A stretch of 64,000 nt of DNA, from positions 197,470,001 through 197,534,000 of the forward strand of contig NC_042998.1 in NCBI RefSeq assembly GCF_006345805.1, in the 5' to 3' direction. How positions within the stretch are numbered: the first letter of the stretch is position 1; each line of letters opens with the position of its first letter. Position numbers and translations under genes: made by a program. This document shows positions 62,335-64,000 of this stretch, piece after piece. The notes below the pieces were generated by a model. It worked only from the letters and a program-made list of their open reading frames with translations, was not told the origin of the DNA and searched no databases. The DNA comes from Octopus sinensis. Its lineage: Eukaryota.

Positions 62335-64000
62335 AAAAAGTGTCAGCTTCCTAGAGAGAAATCTTCTCCTAGATCTCAACTAAATGATTTGATAAGGGTC
62401 ATATATTTTGACTTCGGTAAAGCTTTTGACAGAGCCAAACACAGTATTCTGCTGAAAAAAAGCTTTCTGGTATTGGAGTCCACGGAAATCTATTGCAAGG
62501 ATTAAGTGCTTTTTGATAAATGGAACCCAACACCATCTGAACATGGCTGATGCCAGCGCCGCCTAGACTTGCTTTTGTGCCGGTGGCACGTAAAAAGCAC
62601 CAACCGATCGTGGCCGCTGCCAGCCTTCACAGGCACCTGTGCCGGTGGCATATAAAAAGCACCCACTACGCTCACGGAATGGTTGGTGTTAGGAAGGGCA
62701 TCCAGCTGTAGAAACACTGCCAGATCAGACTGGAGCCTGGTGCAGCCTCCTGGCTTCTCAGACCCTGGTCGAACCGTCCAACCCGTGCCAGCATGGAAAA
62801 TGGACGTTAAACGATGATGATGATAATGATGAGGATGATGATGATGAACATGTCATGATCGATAAAGTATCATTAGTTGTGTCCCTCAGTTTACTGTGTT
62901 GGGCCGATTTCTCTTTATTGTTTACATAAAGGACATTGCACACATCATACGTAGTCAAACAAAAATCTTTTCAGATGAATCTAGCACCAAAGAGTCATTA
63001 ATGGAGTATATGACTGAACGGGGAGGCGCAATGGCCCAGTGGTTAGGGCAGTGGACTCGTGGTCATAGGATCGCAATTTCGATTCCCAGAGCGGGTGTTG
63101 TGAGTGTTTATTGAGCGAAAACACCTAAAGCTCGATGAGGCTCCGGCAGGAGATGGTGGTGAACCCTGCTGTACTCTTTCACCACAACTTTCTCTCACTC
63201 TTACTTCCTGTTTCTGTTGTACCTGTATTTCAAAGGGCCGGCCTTGTCACTCTCTGTGTCACGCTGAATATCCCCGAGAACTGCGTTAAGGGTACACGTG
63301 TCTGTGGAGTGCTCAGCCACTTACACATTAATTTCACGAGCAGGCTGTTCCGTTGATTCGGATCAACCGGAACCCTCGTCGTCGTAACTGACGGAGTGCT
63401 TCCAAAAAAAATATGACTGAACAGAATTCTAATCTGATCTGTGTGATGTGATTCAAGGAGGGAATAAAAAAAAAACAAACATAAAAATCCATGTTGATAA
63501 ATGAGGGAAAATTTGAGCTCGTTTACTTTGAAAAATAAATGTATATAAATAGTTATATTCTCTTCCTTCAAATAATGTCAGACTTTGTTGTAACTGAGGA
63601 TAACAGCCCTTGCTGGAGTGTCCAACACCGATAAAGTTGATATGGCCTGCAGAATGTGCTCATGGATTTTGAGAATTTTCCAGTCTAGAGTTCCCAGTAT
63701 CATCATCCTTCTCTTTACTTTTGCGAGGTTTCATCTTCAACACCGTGTAGTTTCTATACAAAAAAAAAAAGATTATGAAAATTGAAACACCATAGAGCAA
63801 TTAGTAAAAAAAAGGTAAAGCCTTGATTATTGGGATTACATCAAAACGTTCAAAGTCCATACTCTTCAATATGGAAAATATTTCATTAACACAGTCTAAA
63901 AGATGTCAGCATCATGTCCACAAGTCATCCAAGACTAGGCCTATGTACTACAGACCTTCAACAAAAATGGAGCTCACATGATATAATTTTGTTACAGCAA
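62335..64000 (+). pseudogene. Heavily decayed CR1-group LINE RT, interrupted by family A (~62530-62845) and family F (63020-63410)
   Basis: Fragments read IYFDFGKAFDR, VPQFTVLGRFLFIVYIKD...IFSDE (YADD-equivalent) and RMCSWILRIFQSR. Confidence 0.7.
63020..63410 (+). mobile_element. Family F tRNA-derived SINE, full length
   Basis: tRNA-like head GGAGGCGCAATGGCCCAGTGGTTAGGG...TTTCGATTCCC, with TSD ATATGACTGAAC at 63008-63019 and 63411-63422. Confidence 0.93.

Noticed and set aside
63022-63095. tRNA gene (also the heads of families B and C)
   Set aside because: It has A and B boxes but no complete cloverleaf, continues into a SINE body, and is bounded by TSDs.

Overview
This is repeat-dense, AT-rich eukaryotic genomic DNA, probably from an octopus or related coleoid cephalopod. 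That assignment is inferred from the SINE types and the (AT)n/(AGAT)n/(TATG)n microsatellite load. I find no confidently identifiable intact host gene, only a few candidate exons. The window is dominated by three tRNA-derived SINE families, one forming TSD-flanked dimers to tetramers, and by the (GAT)n-tailed 3' end of an RTE-clade LINE. A long 5'-truncated copy of that LINE (57934-61437) has an APE and RT reading frame with one premature stop and a PHD-type zinc finger inserted inside the RT. Also present are decayed R4/Dong-like and CR1-like LINEs, non-autonomous Helitrons, and MITEs with TTAA, TA, 8-bp or 9-bp target duplications. The most unusual signal is a set of small non-coding fold-back elements inserted in (AT)n tracts (6583-6842, 37729-37944, 37971-38228, 43560-44218). 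Two of them carry type I hammerhead-ribozyme motifs with variant core bases, which suggests Penelope-like or retrozyme-type mobile RNAs. SINE and LINE-fragment boundaries were read by eye and may be off by a few bases.
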